Assembly (NCBI GenBank): GCA_964607825.1
Contig: CAZSNA010000001.1
Span: 23,697-87,696, forward strand
DNA length: 64,000 nt
Direction: 5' to 3'
Origin: an uncultured Fibrobacteraceae bacterium
Lineage (GTDB): Bacteria; Krumholzibacteriota; Krumholzibacteriia; LZORAL124-64-63
Of this stretch, positions 28,002 through 37,532 are shown one piece after another (the stretch's first letter is position 1; each line of letters starts with the position of its first letter). The notes under the pieces are model-generated. The model was not told the DNA's origin. It was given only the letters and a program-made list of their open reading frames with translations, and did not search any database. The translations under genes and the position numbers were made by a program.

Positions 28002-29123
28002 TCAGCGGCTCTCCGCGGCCCGGACCGCGTCGACGCCGAGGATGCGCTCCACGAGGTCCGCGGCGTCGGGAATGACGGGGTGCGACCCCGGCCACTCGCC
28101 GCCGGCGACCAGCGACACGGCCATGGGAGCCGAGAGCAGCACGTCGACCAGCTTGCCCGGACCCGCCGTACGGTCCAGCCGCGTCAGGGACAGCCAGTCG
28201 CAGTTCCAGCCCCGCGCCTCGCTCCAGGCGCGCTCGCGGGCGGGGGTGTCGATATCCAGGGGCAGGACCAGGTGGCGGTGCACGTTCTCCAGGCCCGCCA
28301 GCATGTCCCGGAGGTCGGGATCGGACATGACGTCGCCGGTATGGGCCGGCGTGTCGATCAGCACGACGTCGTAGGCGGCGAAGATCTCGAGCCCGGCGGC
28401 GAGATGGGCCGCGTCCTTGAGGATGGCGGCGTCGTAGCCGTGGGCGGTGGCCTCCTCCCGGAAGCGCTCGATCTCGCCGGCGTGGCGCGGCGCGTAGGTC
28501 AGCACCAGGGCGCGATGACCCAGATCCTTCAGGCGCGCGGCCGTGGCGAGCACCAGGTCGGTCTTGCCCGCGCCCGGCCCCCCCAGGAAGAGATGGCATC
28601 CGGCCAGCGAGGCCCAGTCCCCGCCGCTGGTGCGGAGCTGGTCGCGCAGATGCCGCTCGGCCGTATGGGGCCGCCGGCCGCCGGTCTCGGCCAGGTAGAG
28701 GCGGCGCAGGAGGCGGACCGCGGGCAACGAGGCGCCGGTGGCCAGGAGCCGCTTGGCCAGGGGGTAGTCGTCGAAGCCGGTCTCGCGTTCCGCGCGTTCG
28801 GCGGCCTCGCGCTTCACGAGCGTCTCCACCATGGTCTCGATCCGCTCGACCTCGGCGCGGATGGCCTCGGCGGTGCGGGCGGGATCGGGACGCGGCTGCG
28901 GCGGCGTCGATGCGATCGGCGTCTCCCCCGGCGCCGGGCAGACGCTCACCTCGATGAACCGCTCGTCGCCGCGGGTCACGCTGCGCGTCTCGATGATGCA
29001 GGCGTCTTCACCGAACTCCCTGCGAGCCCCGGCGAGGGCGGCGCGGAGGGTCCGGCCGCGGATCTTGTGGACCACGGGGTCCAGGATCGCGGCGCCGGTC
29101 TCAGGCGTTGGCTTGCTGCTCAT
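28002..29123 (-). CDS. flhF: Flagellar biosynthesis SRP-type GTPase FlhF
   Basis: G1 LFLGGPGAGKTDLVLATAARL, G3 DTPAH, N-terminal B-domain-like region. Immediately after flhA. Confidence 0.85.
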   Translation of the reverse strand: MSSKPTPETGAAILDPVVHKIRGRTLRAALAGARREFGEDACIIETRSVTRGDERFIEVSVCPAPGETPIASTPPQPRPDPARTAEAIRAEVERIETMVETLVKREAAERAERETGFDDYPLAKRLLATGASLPAVRLLRRLYLAETGGRRPHTAERHLRDQLRTSGGDWASLAGCHLFLGGPGAGKTDLVLATAARLKDLGHRALVLTYAPRHAGEIERFREEATAHGYDAAILKDAAHLAAGLEIFAAYDVVLIDTPAHTGDVMSDPDLRDMLAGLENVHRHLVLPLDIDTPARERAWSEARGWNCDWLSLTRLDRTAGPGKLVDVLLSAPMAVSLVAGGEWPGSHPVIPDAADLVERILGVDAVRAAESR

Positions 29124-31215
29124 GTTGCACTCCCTGTAAGGAGACGGTTCCCGCGGACTGGACCTTGGTCTGGGCGGTCACCTCGGTGTAGCCCATGACC
29201 GGCAGGGTCGGGAACGTGGGTTCGATGAGTCGTTTGACGAACAGCCGCAGGGGCGTCGGCAGCAGCAGCACCGGCGGACGGCCCCGGGCGTAGACCTTCT
29301 GCAGGGTTCGTTCCAGCTGCTCCAGGAAGGACTGGGCCAGCAGCGGATCCAGCACCACCGCGCCGGCGCGCTCCGATTCGTGGACGGCCTGGCCGAGGCG
29401 CTGTTCGAGCTCCGGATGCAGGGTGACGGCGTAGACGTTCCCGTCGGGTTCCACGTAGAGGCGGCTGACGGTCCGCCGCAGCGCCTCGCGAACCTTCTCG
29501 ACCAGGTAGTCGGGACCGGCCTTGGCCTCCACGTGGTTGGCCAGCGTCTCCAGGATGGTGACGACGTCCTTGATGGGCACCCGCTCGTGCAGCAGCCCCT
29601 TGAGCACGTTGTGCAGGGTGTTGACGGGCACCTTGTCGGGGATCAGGTCCTCGATCAGGGCCGGCGCGAATTCGCGCACCGACTCGCACATGTCCTTCAC
29701 GTCCTGCCGCGAGAGCAGCTCGTCGGCGTGGGCGCGGATGGTCTCGCTCAGGTGGGTCGCCAGCACGGCGGTGGGCTCCACGACGGTGTAGCCCTCCATC
29801 TCGGCGGCGGCCTTGCGCGCGGGGTCGATCCAGACGGCGGGCAGCTGGAAGGCCGGCTCGACGGTCTCGAGGCCCTCGATCCGCTCCCCGCTCGTGTTGC
29901 CGGTGCTCATGGCCAGCAGGCGCCCCGGCTGCAGCTCGGCACGGTTGATCTCCACGCCCTTGAGCTTCAGCACGTAGGCGTTGGCCTCGAGCTGGAGGTT
30001 GTCCCGCACGCGGATGGGCTGGATGACCAGCCCCAGCTCGGAGCTGATCTGCTTGCGGATGTTGGTGATGCGCACCAGCAGGTCGCCGCCGCGCGACTCG
30101 TCCACCATGGGCAGCAGGCCGTAGCCCAGCTCCAGCTCCAGGGCGTCGGTCACGTAGAGCTCGCGGGTCAGGGACTCCTGCTCCGTCTCGGCGGGCGTGG
30201 CCGCCTCCTGCGCGGCCTGCTCGGCCGCGTCCTGGCGCTTCATGCGCTCGACGCGGCCGGCCACGATCCGTCCCGCCAGCGCGAACACGCCCGCGAGGCT
30301 CAGGAAGGGCATGGTGGGCAGACCGGGAATGAGGCCGAATACGGCCAGTGATCCCGCGGCCAGATACACGGCCTTGGGCTGGCGGAAGATCTGCAGCGTC
30401 AGGGCCTGGCCCAGGTTGAGCTTGCCGCTGGAGCGGGTGACCACCATGCCGGCGGCGGTCGAGACCAGCAGGGCGGGGATCTGGCTGACCAGGCCGTCGC
30501 CGACGGTCAGGATGGTGAACTGCCGCAGGGCCTCGCCGGCGGACAGGCCCATCTGGAGCATGCCCACCACGAAGCCGCCGATGATGTTGATCAGGGTGAT
30601 CACGATGCCGGCGATGGCATCGCCGCGGACGAACTTGCTGGCGCCGTCCATGGCGCCGAAGAACTCGGCCTCCGAGGCCACCTCGGCCCGACGCTCCCGG
30701 GCCTGGGCCTCGGTGATCAGGCCGGCGTTGAGGTCGGCGTCGACGGCCATCTGCTTGCCGGGCATGGCGTCCAGGGTGAAACGGGCGGCCACCTCGGCGA
30801 TCCGGCCCGAACCCTTGGTGATCACCACGAACTGGACGATCACCAGGATGGCGAAAACTATGACACCGATGACATAATTCCCGCCGATCACGAAGTCGCC
30901 GAAACTGGCGATCACCTTGCCGGCCGCGCCCTTGGAGAGGATCAGACGCGTCGAGGCCACGTTCAGGGCGAGCCTGTAGAGGGTCACCATCAGCAGCAGC
31001 GAGGGGAAGCTGGAGAAGTGGAGGGGCTCTTTCAGGTACAGGGCCACCAGCAGGACGACCACCGCGAAGGCGATGTTGAAAGTGATCAAAAGGTCCAGGA
31101 CGATGGGATTTACGGGCATGATCATCAGACCGATGACCGCCACCACCGCCAGGGCGCTCAGCACGTTGCTATTGGCCAGGATCAGATCCCGGTCGATGCC
31201 CTTGGTCCCTTCCAC
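29101..31215 (-). CDS. flhA: Flagellar export apparatus protein FlhA
   Basis: 704 aa; N-terminal 8-TM domain (…FGDFVIGGNYVIGVIVFAILVIVQFVVITKGSGRIAEVAARFTLDAMPGKQMAVDADL…) and large cytoplasmic C-domain. Confidence 0.95.
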   Translation of the reverse strand: MEGTKGIDRDLILANSNVLSALAVVAVIGLMIMPVNPIVLDLLITFNIAFAVVVLLVALYLKEPLHFSSFPSLLLMVTLYRLALNVASTRLILSKGAAGKVIASFGDFVIGGNYVIGVIVFAILVIVQFVVITKGSGRIAEVAARFTLDAMPGKQMAVDADLNAGLITEAQARERRAEVASEAEFFGAMDGASKFVRGDAIAGIVITLINIIGGFVVGMLQMGLSAGEALRQFTILTVGDGLVSQIPALLVSTAAGMVVTRSSGKLNLGQALTLQIFRQPKAVYLAAGSLAVFGLIPGLPTMPFLSLAGVFALAGRIVAGRVERMKRQDAAEQAAQEAATPAETEQESLTRELYVTDALELELGYGLLPMVDESRGGDLLVRITNIRKQISSELGLVIQPIRVRDNLQLEANAYVLKLKGVEINRAELQPGRLLAMSTGNTSGERIEGLETVEPAFQLPAVWIDPARKAAAEMEGYTVVEPTAVLATHLSETIRAHADELLSRQDVKDMCESVREFAPALIEDLIPDKVPVNTLHNVLKGLLHERVPIKDVVTILETLANHVEAKAGPDYLVEKVREALRRTVSRLYVEPDGNVYAVTLHPELEQRLGQAVHESERAGAVVLDPLLAQSFLEQLERTLQKVYARGRPPVLLLPTPLRLFVKRLIEPTFPTLPVMGYTEVTAQTKVQSAGTVSLQGVQHEQQANA

Positions 31216-31229
31216 TCACTCGCCTCCTC

Positions 31230-32288
31230 TCAGGATCGCTTGAGCCGGTAGACGTAGGCCAGCACCTCGGCCACGGCCTGGTACAGGTCGTCCGGTATGA
31301 AGCCGCCCACCTTCACGACCTTATGCAGCGCCCGTGCCAGGGGCTTGTTCTCGATCACCGGGACGCGATGTTCCCGCGCGATGCGCCGGATGACGGCGGC
31401 CAGCTCGTCGGCGCCCTTGGCCACCACCGTGGGCGCCACGTCGCCCGGGGCGTAGCGCAGGGCCACCGCGAAGTGGGTCGGGTTGGTGACCACCACGTCG
31501 GCCCGGGGCACGTCGGCCAGCATGCGCTTGCGCATGGCCTCGAGCTGGATGGCGCGGATACGGGCCTTGATCTGCGGATCGCCCTCGGTGTCCTTGTGCT
31601 CCTCCTTGACCTCCTGCAGGGTCATCTTCAGCCGCTGCTCGTGCTGCCACTTCTGGAAGGTCCAGTCGATGACCGCCAGCAGGGCCAGGAAGGCGATCAG
31701 CCGATAGGCCAGCACGGCCACCGACTTGATGCCCAGGGTGATGATCCCCTCGATCGGCAGCTCGGCCGAGCCGGGCATGTCCTCCCCCAGCCCCCGGACC
31801 GTCCACCAGGCCAGCACGCCGATCAGGGTGATCTTCAGCAGGTTCTTGAAGAGGTCGAAGGCCGCGCGCTTGCCGAAGATGTTCTTGATGCCGTTGATCG
31901 GGTTGATGTTCTCCACCCGGAAGGCCAGGGCGCTGATGTTGACCTTCCACCCCACCTGCAGGACGTTGCCCAGGAACCCGAAGATCAGGATGCCGAGCAT
32001 CAGCGGCGCCAGGGCGGCCACGATCACGCCCACGTTGGCGCGGGCGATCTCCACCAGGGCGTAGGGGCTCTCGAGCAGGAAGATGTGCGCCTCGCGGAAC
32101 AGGTAGCGGCTGTTGTCGCCCAGGACGTTGCGCATGTGGCGGGCGGCCACGAAGAGCAGGGAGAAGCCGGCCAGCAGCACCATGGCGCTGTTGACCTCCT
32201 GGCTCAACGCCACCTGACCCTTCTCGAGGGCCTTTTCGCGGCGTCTGGGTGTTGCTTGTTCCGTGCGTTCGCCGGCCGCGTCCGCCAT
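31230..32288 (-). CDS. flhB: Flagellar export apparatus protein FlhB
   Basis: 352 aa; 4 TM, NPTH autocleavage motif (VVTNPTHFAVALRY). Confidence 0.92.
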   Translation of the reverse strand: MADAAGERTEQATPRRREKALEKGQVALSQEVNSAMVLLAGFSLLFVAARHMRNVLGDNSRYLFREAHIFLLESPYALVEIARANVGVIVAALAPLMLGILIFGFLGNVLQVGWKVNISALAFRVENINPINGIKNIFGKRAAFDLFKNLLKITLIGVLAWWTVRGLGEDMPGSAELPIEGIITLGIKSVAVLAYRLIAFLALLAVIDWTFQKWQHEQRLKMTLQEVKEEHKDTEGDPQIKARIRAIQLEAMRKRMLADVPRADVVVTNPTHFAVALRYAPGDVAPTVVAKGADELAAVIRRIAREHRVPVIENKPLARALHKVVKVGGFIPDDLYQAVAEVLAYVYRLKRS

Positions 32289-32336
32289 GACGTCTCACCT
32301 CCTCGGGGGCGCGCCGCTCCCGCGGCGGAAAGGGGA

Positions 32337-33122
32337 TCAGCCCTGGAGCGAGCCCAGCAGCAGGGCCAGCTCGTTCTCCATGCGCCCGACCACGGCGCCG
32401 AAGACCTGGTGGAAGAACGTGAGCGACACGCCCATGGCGGCCAGGCCCACCGCGATCTTGATGGGGAAGCCCACCACCAGGATGTTGATCTGGGGCACCG
32501 TCTTGACGATGAAGCCCATGGACACGCTCAGCAGCAGCAGCACCAGGATCACCGGCGCCGCCACGCGCAGCCCGATGGCGAAGAACTCGGCGAAGCGCTC
32601 CAGGGTCAGCCAGGTGGCGCCGCCCAGCTCCACCGGCGCGAAGGGCGGCACCAGCCGCGTGCTCTCCACCATGGCCGCCACCAGCGTGTGGTGCGCGTCC
32701 AGGGTGAAGAACAGCAGCACCGCCAGCAGGTAGTAGATGTTGGACAGCACCGTGTAGCGGCCGCCGGTCTGCGGGTCGAGGGTGTTGACCATGCCGAAGC
32801 CGATCTGCACGCCGATCACGGCGCCCGCGAAACGCACCGCCGCGAAGGGGATGCCCACCGAGAAGGCGATCAACGCGCCCACGCCCAGCGAACGCAGGCC
32901 CTCGGCGGCCAGTCCGCGCCAGCTCAGGTCCAGGGCGTCGGGGGACATCTCGGCGGCGATGGCCGGGGCGGTCGAGATGGCGAGACAGACCGCCAGGGCG
33001 ATCCGCCAGGTCGGGGGCACGGTGCGTCCGGCGAGCAGGGGCAGGAGGGCGGTCAGCATCGCGAGACGCAGGGTCAGGACCAGGCCCACGATCATCCAGG
33101 TCAGGTCGAGCTCGAACCCCAC
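32337..33122 (-). CDS. fliR: Flagellar export apparatus protein FliR
   Basis: 261-aa polytopic membrane protein between fliQ and flhB, FliR-like helices. Confidence 0.85.
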   Translation of the reverse strand: MGFELDLTWMIVGLVLTLRLAMLTALLPLLAGRTVPPTWRIALAVCLAISTAPAIAAEMSPDALDLSWRGLAAEGLRSLGVGALIAFSVGIPFAAVRFAGAVIGVQIGFGMVNTLDPQTGGRYTVLSNIYYLLAVLLFFTLDAHHTLVAAMVESTRLVPPFAPVELGGATWLTLERFAEFFAIGLRVAAPVILVLLLLSVSMGFIVKTVPQINILVVGFPIKIAVGLAAMGVSLTFFHQVFGAVVGRMENELALLLGSLQG

Positions 33123-33131
33123 GCCGTCCTC

Positions 33132-33395
33132 CTACATGGCGCCGATGCGCTCGAAGATGCCCATGGTGAAGGTGGTGAGCTGGTGGATGATCCAGGGCAG
33201 CGCCAGGATCATCACCACGAACACGGCCACGATCTTGGGCACGAAGGTCATGGTCATCTCGTTGATGTGGGTGGCCGCCTGGAAGATGCTGATGGTCAGA
33301 CCCACCAGCATGCCCGCGGCCAGCATCGGACCCGCCACCATCAGCGTGGTGCGCAGGGCGAGCTGTCCGAGTTCGACGACGGTTTCGGGTGTCAT
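33132..33395 (-). CDS. fliQ: Flagellar export apparatus protein FliQ
   Basis: 87 aa; LGQLALRTTLMVAGPMLAAGMLVGLTISIFQAATHINEMTMTFVPK. Confidence 0.9.
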   Translation of the reverse strand: MTPETVVELGQLALRTTLMVAGPMLAAGMLVGLTISIFQAATHINEMTMTFVPKIVAVFVVMILALPWIIHQLTTFTMGIFERIGAM

Positions 33396-33408
33396 GTCGT
33401 CCTTTCTG

Positions 33409-34185
33409 TCAGCCGTTCTGGAAGGCCGTCACCAGCGAGCGCACGATCAGGTACCAGCCGTCCACCAGCACGAAGAGCAGCACCTTGAAGGGCAGGCTGA
33501 TCAGCACCGGCGGCAGCATCATCATGCCCATGGACATCAGGACCGACGCCACGACCATGTCGATGATCAGGAACGGCAGGAAGAGCACGAAGCCGATCTG
33601 GAAGGCCATCTTCAGCTCGCCCAGCACGAAGCTGGGCACCACGATCAGCAGGGAGAGCTCCGCGGGATCCTCGGGGGGATCCTGCCCCGTGAGCTCCAGG
33701 AACAGGGAGACGTCCTTCTCGCGCACCTGGCGGAGCATGAACTCCTTCAGGGGGCCCTGGGCGCGCTGCAGCGCCTCCCCCTGCTCGATCTCCTCGGCCA
33801 GGTAGGGCTGCAGGGCCTCGTCGTTGATCTGGGTGAAGACGGGGCTCATGATGATGAAGGTCAGGAACAGGGCCAGGCCGATGAGGATCTGGTTGGAGGG
33901 CATCTGGTTGGTGCCCATGGCCTGGCGCAGGAAGCCCAGCACGATGATGATGCGGGTGAAGCTGGTCAGCAGGATCAGGAGCGCCGGCGCCAGCGACAGC
34001 AGGGTCATCAGCAGGACGATCTCGACCGCCACGTCCAGGCGCGCGCCGCCGTCCATGTCCCCCAGCGAGAGGTTCACGGCGCCGGTCGCCGCGGGGGTCG
34101 CCGCGTCCTGGGCCTGGACCGGGGCGACGGCCGCCGCGAGCACGGTCAGGAGGCAGGCGATGATCTGGACGTGTCGTCGGGTCAA
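33409..34185 (-). CDS. fliP: Flagellar export apparatus protein FliP (with signal peptide)
   Basis: 258 aa; signal peptide then IVLLMTLLSLAPALLILLTSFTRIIIVLGFLRQAMGTNQMPSNQILIGLALFLTFIIMSPV. Confidence 0.92.
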   Translation of the reverse strand: MTRRHVQIIACLLTVLAAAVAPVQAQDAATPAATGAVNLSLGDMDGGARLDVAVEIVLLMTLLSLAPALLILLTSFTRIIIVLGFLRQAMGTNQMPSNQILIGLALFLTFIIMSPVFTQINDEALQPYLAEEIEQGEALQRAQGPLKEFMLRQVREKDVSLFLELTGQDPPEDPAELSLLIVVPSFVLGELKMAFQIGFVLFLPFLIIDMVVASVLMSMGMMMLPPVLISLPFKVLLFVLVDGWYLIVRSLVTAFQNG

Positions 34186-34249
34186 GACGCTTTCCTTGGT
34201 GCGGGCGGCTCGGGTCCCGGGCGTACCGAGAGGACGATCTGGCAGGACT

Positions 34250-34267
34250 CCGCAAGGCGCGTGCCAG
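34250..34267 (-). promoter_or_regulatory. Sigma54 promoter (cTGGCACG-cgcc-TTGCG on the minus strand) in the 175-nt fliO-fliP gap
   Basis: Direct reading of the reverse complement of ccgcaaggcgcgtgccagg. Near-perfect match to TGGCACG-N4-TTGCA. About 55 nt upstream of the fliP ATG. Confidence 0.6.
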
Positions 34268-34360
34268 GTGTGCGAGGCTTATATGGCGGTCGGATAGGGA
34301 GTTAGACGTGAGCGGGCGGGAAGGCCGGACGGCTTCCGTCCACGGCTGGCCAGGAACGCG

Positions 34361-34723
34361 TCAGCGCTTCAACAGGGCGCGCAGACGCTCCAGCCAGCCG
34401 CCCAGCGAGGGCGCGTCGGCGCCGGGCTGGTGCCGGGCGGGGTCGTAGGGCTCCTCCTCCAGGAGCGCCATGGAGGACTCGCTCCGGTAGAGGGTGTAGA
34501 CCCGCTCGCCGCAGCGCAGGTATTCCAGGCTGCGCCGCGGCCCCAGGGACTGGACGCGCAGCAGGGCGGCGTCCTCGGCGACGGCGCCCCTCTGCAGGCG
34601 TCCCACCAGCCTCAGGAACAGCACCAGCAGCGCGAAGACCAGCAGGAAGGCCCCGCCCAGCTTCCACCAGGAGGGGTCCTCGGGCCGGGCCGCGGCCGCC
34701 AGGAAGACCGGCAGGACGGGCAT
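34361..34723 (-). CDS. fliO: Flagellar protein FliO/FliZ-like (single TM, between fliN and fliP)
   Basis: 120 aa; N-terminal TM LGGAFLLVFALLVLFLRLV. Assigned by position and topology; weak sequence conservation is normal for FliO. Confidence 0.55.
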   Translation of the reverse strand: MPVLPVFLAAAARPEDPSWWKLGGAFLLVFALLVLFLRLVGRLQRGAVAEDAALLRVQSLGPRRSLEYLRCGERVYTLYRSESSMALLEEEPYDPARHQPGADAPSLGGWLERLRALLKR

Positions 34724-34724
34724 C

Positions 34725-35135
34725 TCAGATCAGCTTCCGGATGCGGTCGCCGCGGCTGAGCAGCTTGTTGATGCGGACGGAGAACTGCTCGTCCACCACG
34801 ACCACCTCGCCGCGGGCCAGCAGCACGCCGTTGACCAGGATGTCCACGGGCTCCGCCGGCGAACGTCCCAGCTCCACGACGGAGCCCGGGCTGAGGTTCA
34901 TGATGTCGCGGATCTTCATCTGGGTGCGGCCCAGCTCCACGGTCACCTTCATGTCGATGTCCAGGAGCACGCCGATGTTCTTGACGCCGGGCGCCGCGGC
35001 GGCCAGGTCGTCCTCCAGCGCCTGGGTCTCGTCGTCCTGGGCGGCCGCGGTCGGCGCGGCCGGTGCGGGCGTCTCGGGTGCGACGGTCGTCTCGGCGACG
35101 GTCTCCTCGACCTTGTCTTCGACTTCGGTGACCAT
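34725..35135 (-). CDS. fliN: Flagellar motor switch protein FliN
   Basis: 136 aa; C-terminal SpoA domain IGVLLDIDMKVTVELGRTQMKIRDIMNLSPGSVVELGRSPAEPVDILVNGVLLARGEVVVVDEQFSVRI. Confidence 0.85.
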   Translation of the reverse strand: MVTEVEDKVEETVAETTVAPETPAPAAPTAAAQDDETQALEDDLAAAAPGVKNIGVLLDIDMKVTVELGRTQMKIRDIMNLSPGSVVELGRSPAEPVDILVNGVLLARGEVVVVDEQFSVRINKLLSRGDRIRKLI

Positions 35136-35136
35136 G

Positions 35137-36201
35137 CTAGTCCTCCTCCTCGAGTCGTTCCGTGAGTTTCAGGGCGCGCATCTGGTTCAGCTTGCCGGGC
35201 TGGCCCTGGAACATGGGCTTGCCCTGGATCTCGAGCACCAGCGGCGAGTTGACCGTCCGGCCGAGGGGGATCATGTCGCCCTCGCTCAGCTCCAGGATGC
35301 GCTGGAAGCAGAGGTTGATCTCCGCGAGGTTAACCACCAGCTCGGCCTGCGAGGACTTGACCGCCTCGAAGACCATCAGCCGGTCGCGTCGTACCTCCGC
35401 GGGAGACCGGTATTCGGAGTTCTCCTCCGGATCGAACTTGTCCCAGACCGGCTCGAAGGCCGTCATGGGGATGCAGATGCGCATGGGACCCGACTGGTCG
35501 TCGATGCTGATCTCGAAGTTCAGCACCACCACCGGGTCGTTCTGGGCCACGATGCCCAGGTAGGCGGGGTTGTTCTCCAGATGGATGAACTCGGGCCGCA
35601 GCTCGACCAGCTTCGACGCCGATTCCTTGAGATCGGTGATCACCTGGTCGGTGATCATCTTGCCGATGCCCAGTTCGATGTCCGTGAACTTGCGCTCGGT
35701 GGTCGCCTCCCTGATGGGTCCGCCGAGCAGGCGCATGACCATCAGGTACATCATGTTCAGGTCGAAGTGGATCAGCGAGAAGCCGCCCAGGGGCGGCAGC
35801 GACACGATGCTCACCGCGGTCAGCTCGTCCAGGTCGATGCCGAAGGTGCCGTAGGCGACCAGTTCCAGCCGGGTGAAGCGGATCGACGTGTTGGCGCGCA
35901 GCTGGCGCGTCATGGCCAGCGACACCGTCTTGGCGAAGCCCTCGCACATCTTCAGCAGGTTCTTCTCGAACTGCCGCGACAGCTTGTGATGATGGCTGAA
36001 GTCGAAGGACTCGGTGCCCGGGAAGGGCGCCTGGCCCCGGTCCATGCCCGCGATCGCCTCGTGGGGCGCGTCCGGACGCTCCTCGACCACGAGCGTGGCC
36101 TTGGATTCGTCTTCACCGCCCTCCTCGACCGGCTCCTGGCCGTCCTCGGCCTCGAGCATCTCGTCGATCTCGGCGTCGGGGGTCTGCGTCTCGTCGCTCA
36201 T
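35137..36201 (-). CDS. fliM: Flagellar motor switch protein FliM
   Basis: 354 aa; middle CheC-like domain and C-terminal SpoA domain. N-terminus has an acidic extension with a partial EIDEML CheY-binding-like motif. Confidence 0.85.
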   Translation of the reverse strand: MSDETQTPDAEIDEMLEAEDGQEPVEEGGEDESKATLVVEERPDAPHEAIAGMDRGQAPFPGTESFDFSHHHKLSRQFEKNLLKMCEGFAKTVSLAMTRQLRANTSIRFTRLELVAYGTFGIDLDELTAVSIVSLPPLGGFSLIHFDLNMMYLMVMRLLGGPIREATTERKFTDIELGIGKMITDQVITDLKESASKLVELRPEFIHLENNPAYLGIVAQNDPVVVLNFEISIDDQSGPMRICIPMTAFEPVWDKFDPEENSEYRSPAEVRRDRLMVFEAVKSSQAELVVNLAEINLCFQRILELSEGDMIPLGRTVNSPLVLEIQGKPMFQGQPGKLNQMRALKLTERLEEED

Positions 36202-36246
36202 GGCGCTCCTGGTGCTCCTGGTTGACCCGGTCCGCAGGGGTCTCCC

Positions 36247-36771
36247 CTACTGGACCACCATGTCGGAGAAGTAGATGTTCATCAGGCTGTCCTCGGGCAG
36301 CGTGTCGCCCAGCTTGCGGAAGAGCTCCGCCTTCAGCGCCGACTTGCCGTCCATGGACTTCAGGTCGGTCGCGAACTTGTTGGACAGGGACAGGATCACG
36401 ATGTCGCGCAGGTGCGGCAGCCGCTGCTCGACCATGCTCGCCACCTTCCCGTCCACGACCTCCAGGTCGATGTTGATGCGCAGGTAGCTCGTGGTGGGGC
36501 CGCCGTCCCTGAGCGTGACGACCACCTCGTTCAGGCCCACCAGCACGCCCTGCTCGGGCTGCTCCTTGTCCTGCTCGGCCTCGGCGACCTCCTCGGTCTC
36601 CGGCGCCGCCAGGGCCTGCAGCTTGGGCGCGATCACGAACTGGGTCACGCCGAAGGCCACCAGGGCCTGGGCCACGATGATGGCCGCCAGCAGGATGAGC
36701 TTGTTGTCGAGAAAACCGCCGCCGGCCTTCTTCTCCTTGGACTCGTCCTTCTTCTTGTCGTCATCAGCCAT
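36247..36771 (-). CDS. fliL: Flagellar basal body-associated protein FliL
   Basis: 174 aa; N-terminal TM LILLAAIIVAQALVAFGV and C-terminal FliL domain (…LRINIDLEV…ELFRKLGDTLPE…IYFSDMVVQ). Overlaps motB by 8 nt. Confidence 0.8.
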   Translation of the reverse strand: MADDDKKKDESKEKKAGGGFLDNKLILLAAIIVAQALVAFGVTQFVIAPKLQALAAPETEEVAEAEQDKEQPEQGVLVGLNEVVVTLRDGGPTTSYLRINIDLEVVDGKVASMVEQRLPHLRDIVILSLSNKFATDLKSMDGKSALKAELFRKLGDTLPEDSLMNIYFSDMVVQ

Positions 36772-37516
36772 CGGTCTCTCCCGGTGTTTCGAGGGGCAGC
36801 CCCTCGTGTCGCGTGGTCTGGGTCTTGGCGGTCTTCAGGAAGATCTCCACGCGACGGTTGGCCGCGCGTCCCTGACTCGTGTCGTTGTCGTCGATCGGCC
36901 GCCACTCGCCGAAGCCCGTGGCGCTGATCCGCTCGGGCGCGATGCCCAGGTCCTGGAAGCGCCGGGCCACCGAGATGGCCCTCGCCGCCGACAGTTCCCA
37001 GTTCGAGGGGAATCGCGGCGTGTTGATGGGCACCGAATCCGTGTGGCCGGAAACGGTCACTTCCTGGCCGACGCCGTCCACCATGACGGCGATCCTGTCC
37101 AGCAGGTCCAGGGCCGTGGCCTGCAGATCGGCCTTCGCCGAGGCGAACAGCACCGAATCCACGATGCTCAGCTTGATGCCGTCGTCCGTCACCTCGACGC
37201 GGACGGCCTGGTCGAGATTCTCCTTAAGCAGGAACTGTTCCAGTTGCCGGACCTGGTAGTAGATCTCCGAGTTGTCCGTCTGGCGCGGCTGCGGGATGAG
37301 CACGTTGGGCTGCTCGATCATGGTGGGGTACTCCTCGAGCACGCCCAGCGCCCCCTGCAGGGACTCCATGGCCTCCTTGAACTTCGTCTCCTGGATCGTC
37401 GAGAAACTGATCAGCAGGATGAAGAAGGTCAGCAGCAGGGACATCATGTCGCCGTAGGTGACCACCCATCCGGGGATCCCCAGCTCTTCCGGCGGACATT
37501 TGCACTTCTTGGGCAT
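36764..37516 (-). CDS. motB: Flagellar motor stator protein MotB (OmpA-like peptidoglycan-binding C-domain)
   Basis: 250 aa; WVVTYGDMMSLLLTFFILLISF plug/TM region and OmpA-like …TVSGHTDSVPINTPRFPSNWELSAARAISVARRF…NRRVEIFL. Confidence 0.85.
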   Translation of the reverse strand: MPKKCKCPPEELGIPGWVVTYGDMMSLLLTFFILLISFSTIQETKFKEAMESLQGALGVLEEYPTMIEQPNVLIPQPRQTDNSEIYYQVRQLEQFLLKENLDQAVRVEVTDDGIKLSIVDSVLFASAKADLQATALDLLDRIAVMVDGVGQEVTVSGHTDSVPINTPRFPSNWELSAARAISVARRFQDLGIAPERISATGFGEWRPIDDNDTSQGRAANRRVEIFLKTAKTQTTRHEGLPLETPGETDG

Positions 37517-37532
37517 GACGCTCCCGTGTCTC

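Noticed and set aside
27568-28599. 343-aa minus-strand ORF spanning the flhF-fliA junction, considered as a possible hidden flhG
   Set aside because: The translation is Arg/Gly/Pro-rich junk with no Walker A (KGGxGKT) or MinD features. It overlaps flhF and the 116-aa gene in other frames.
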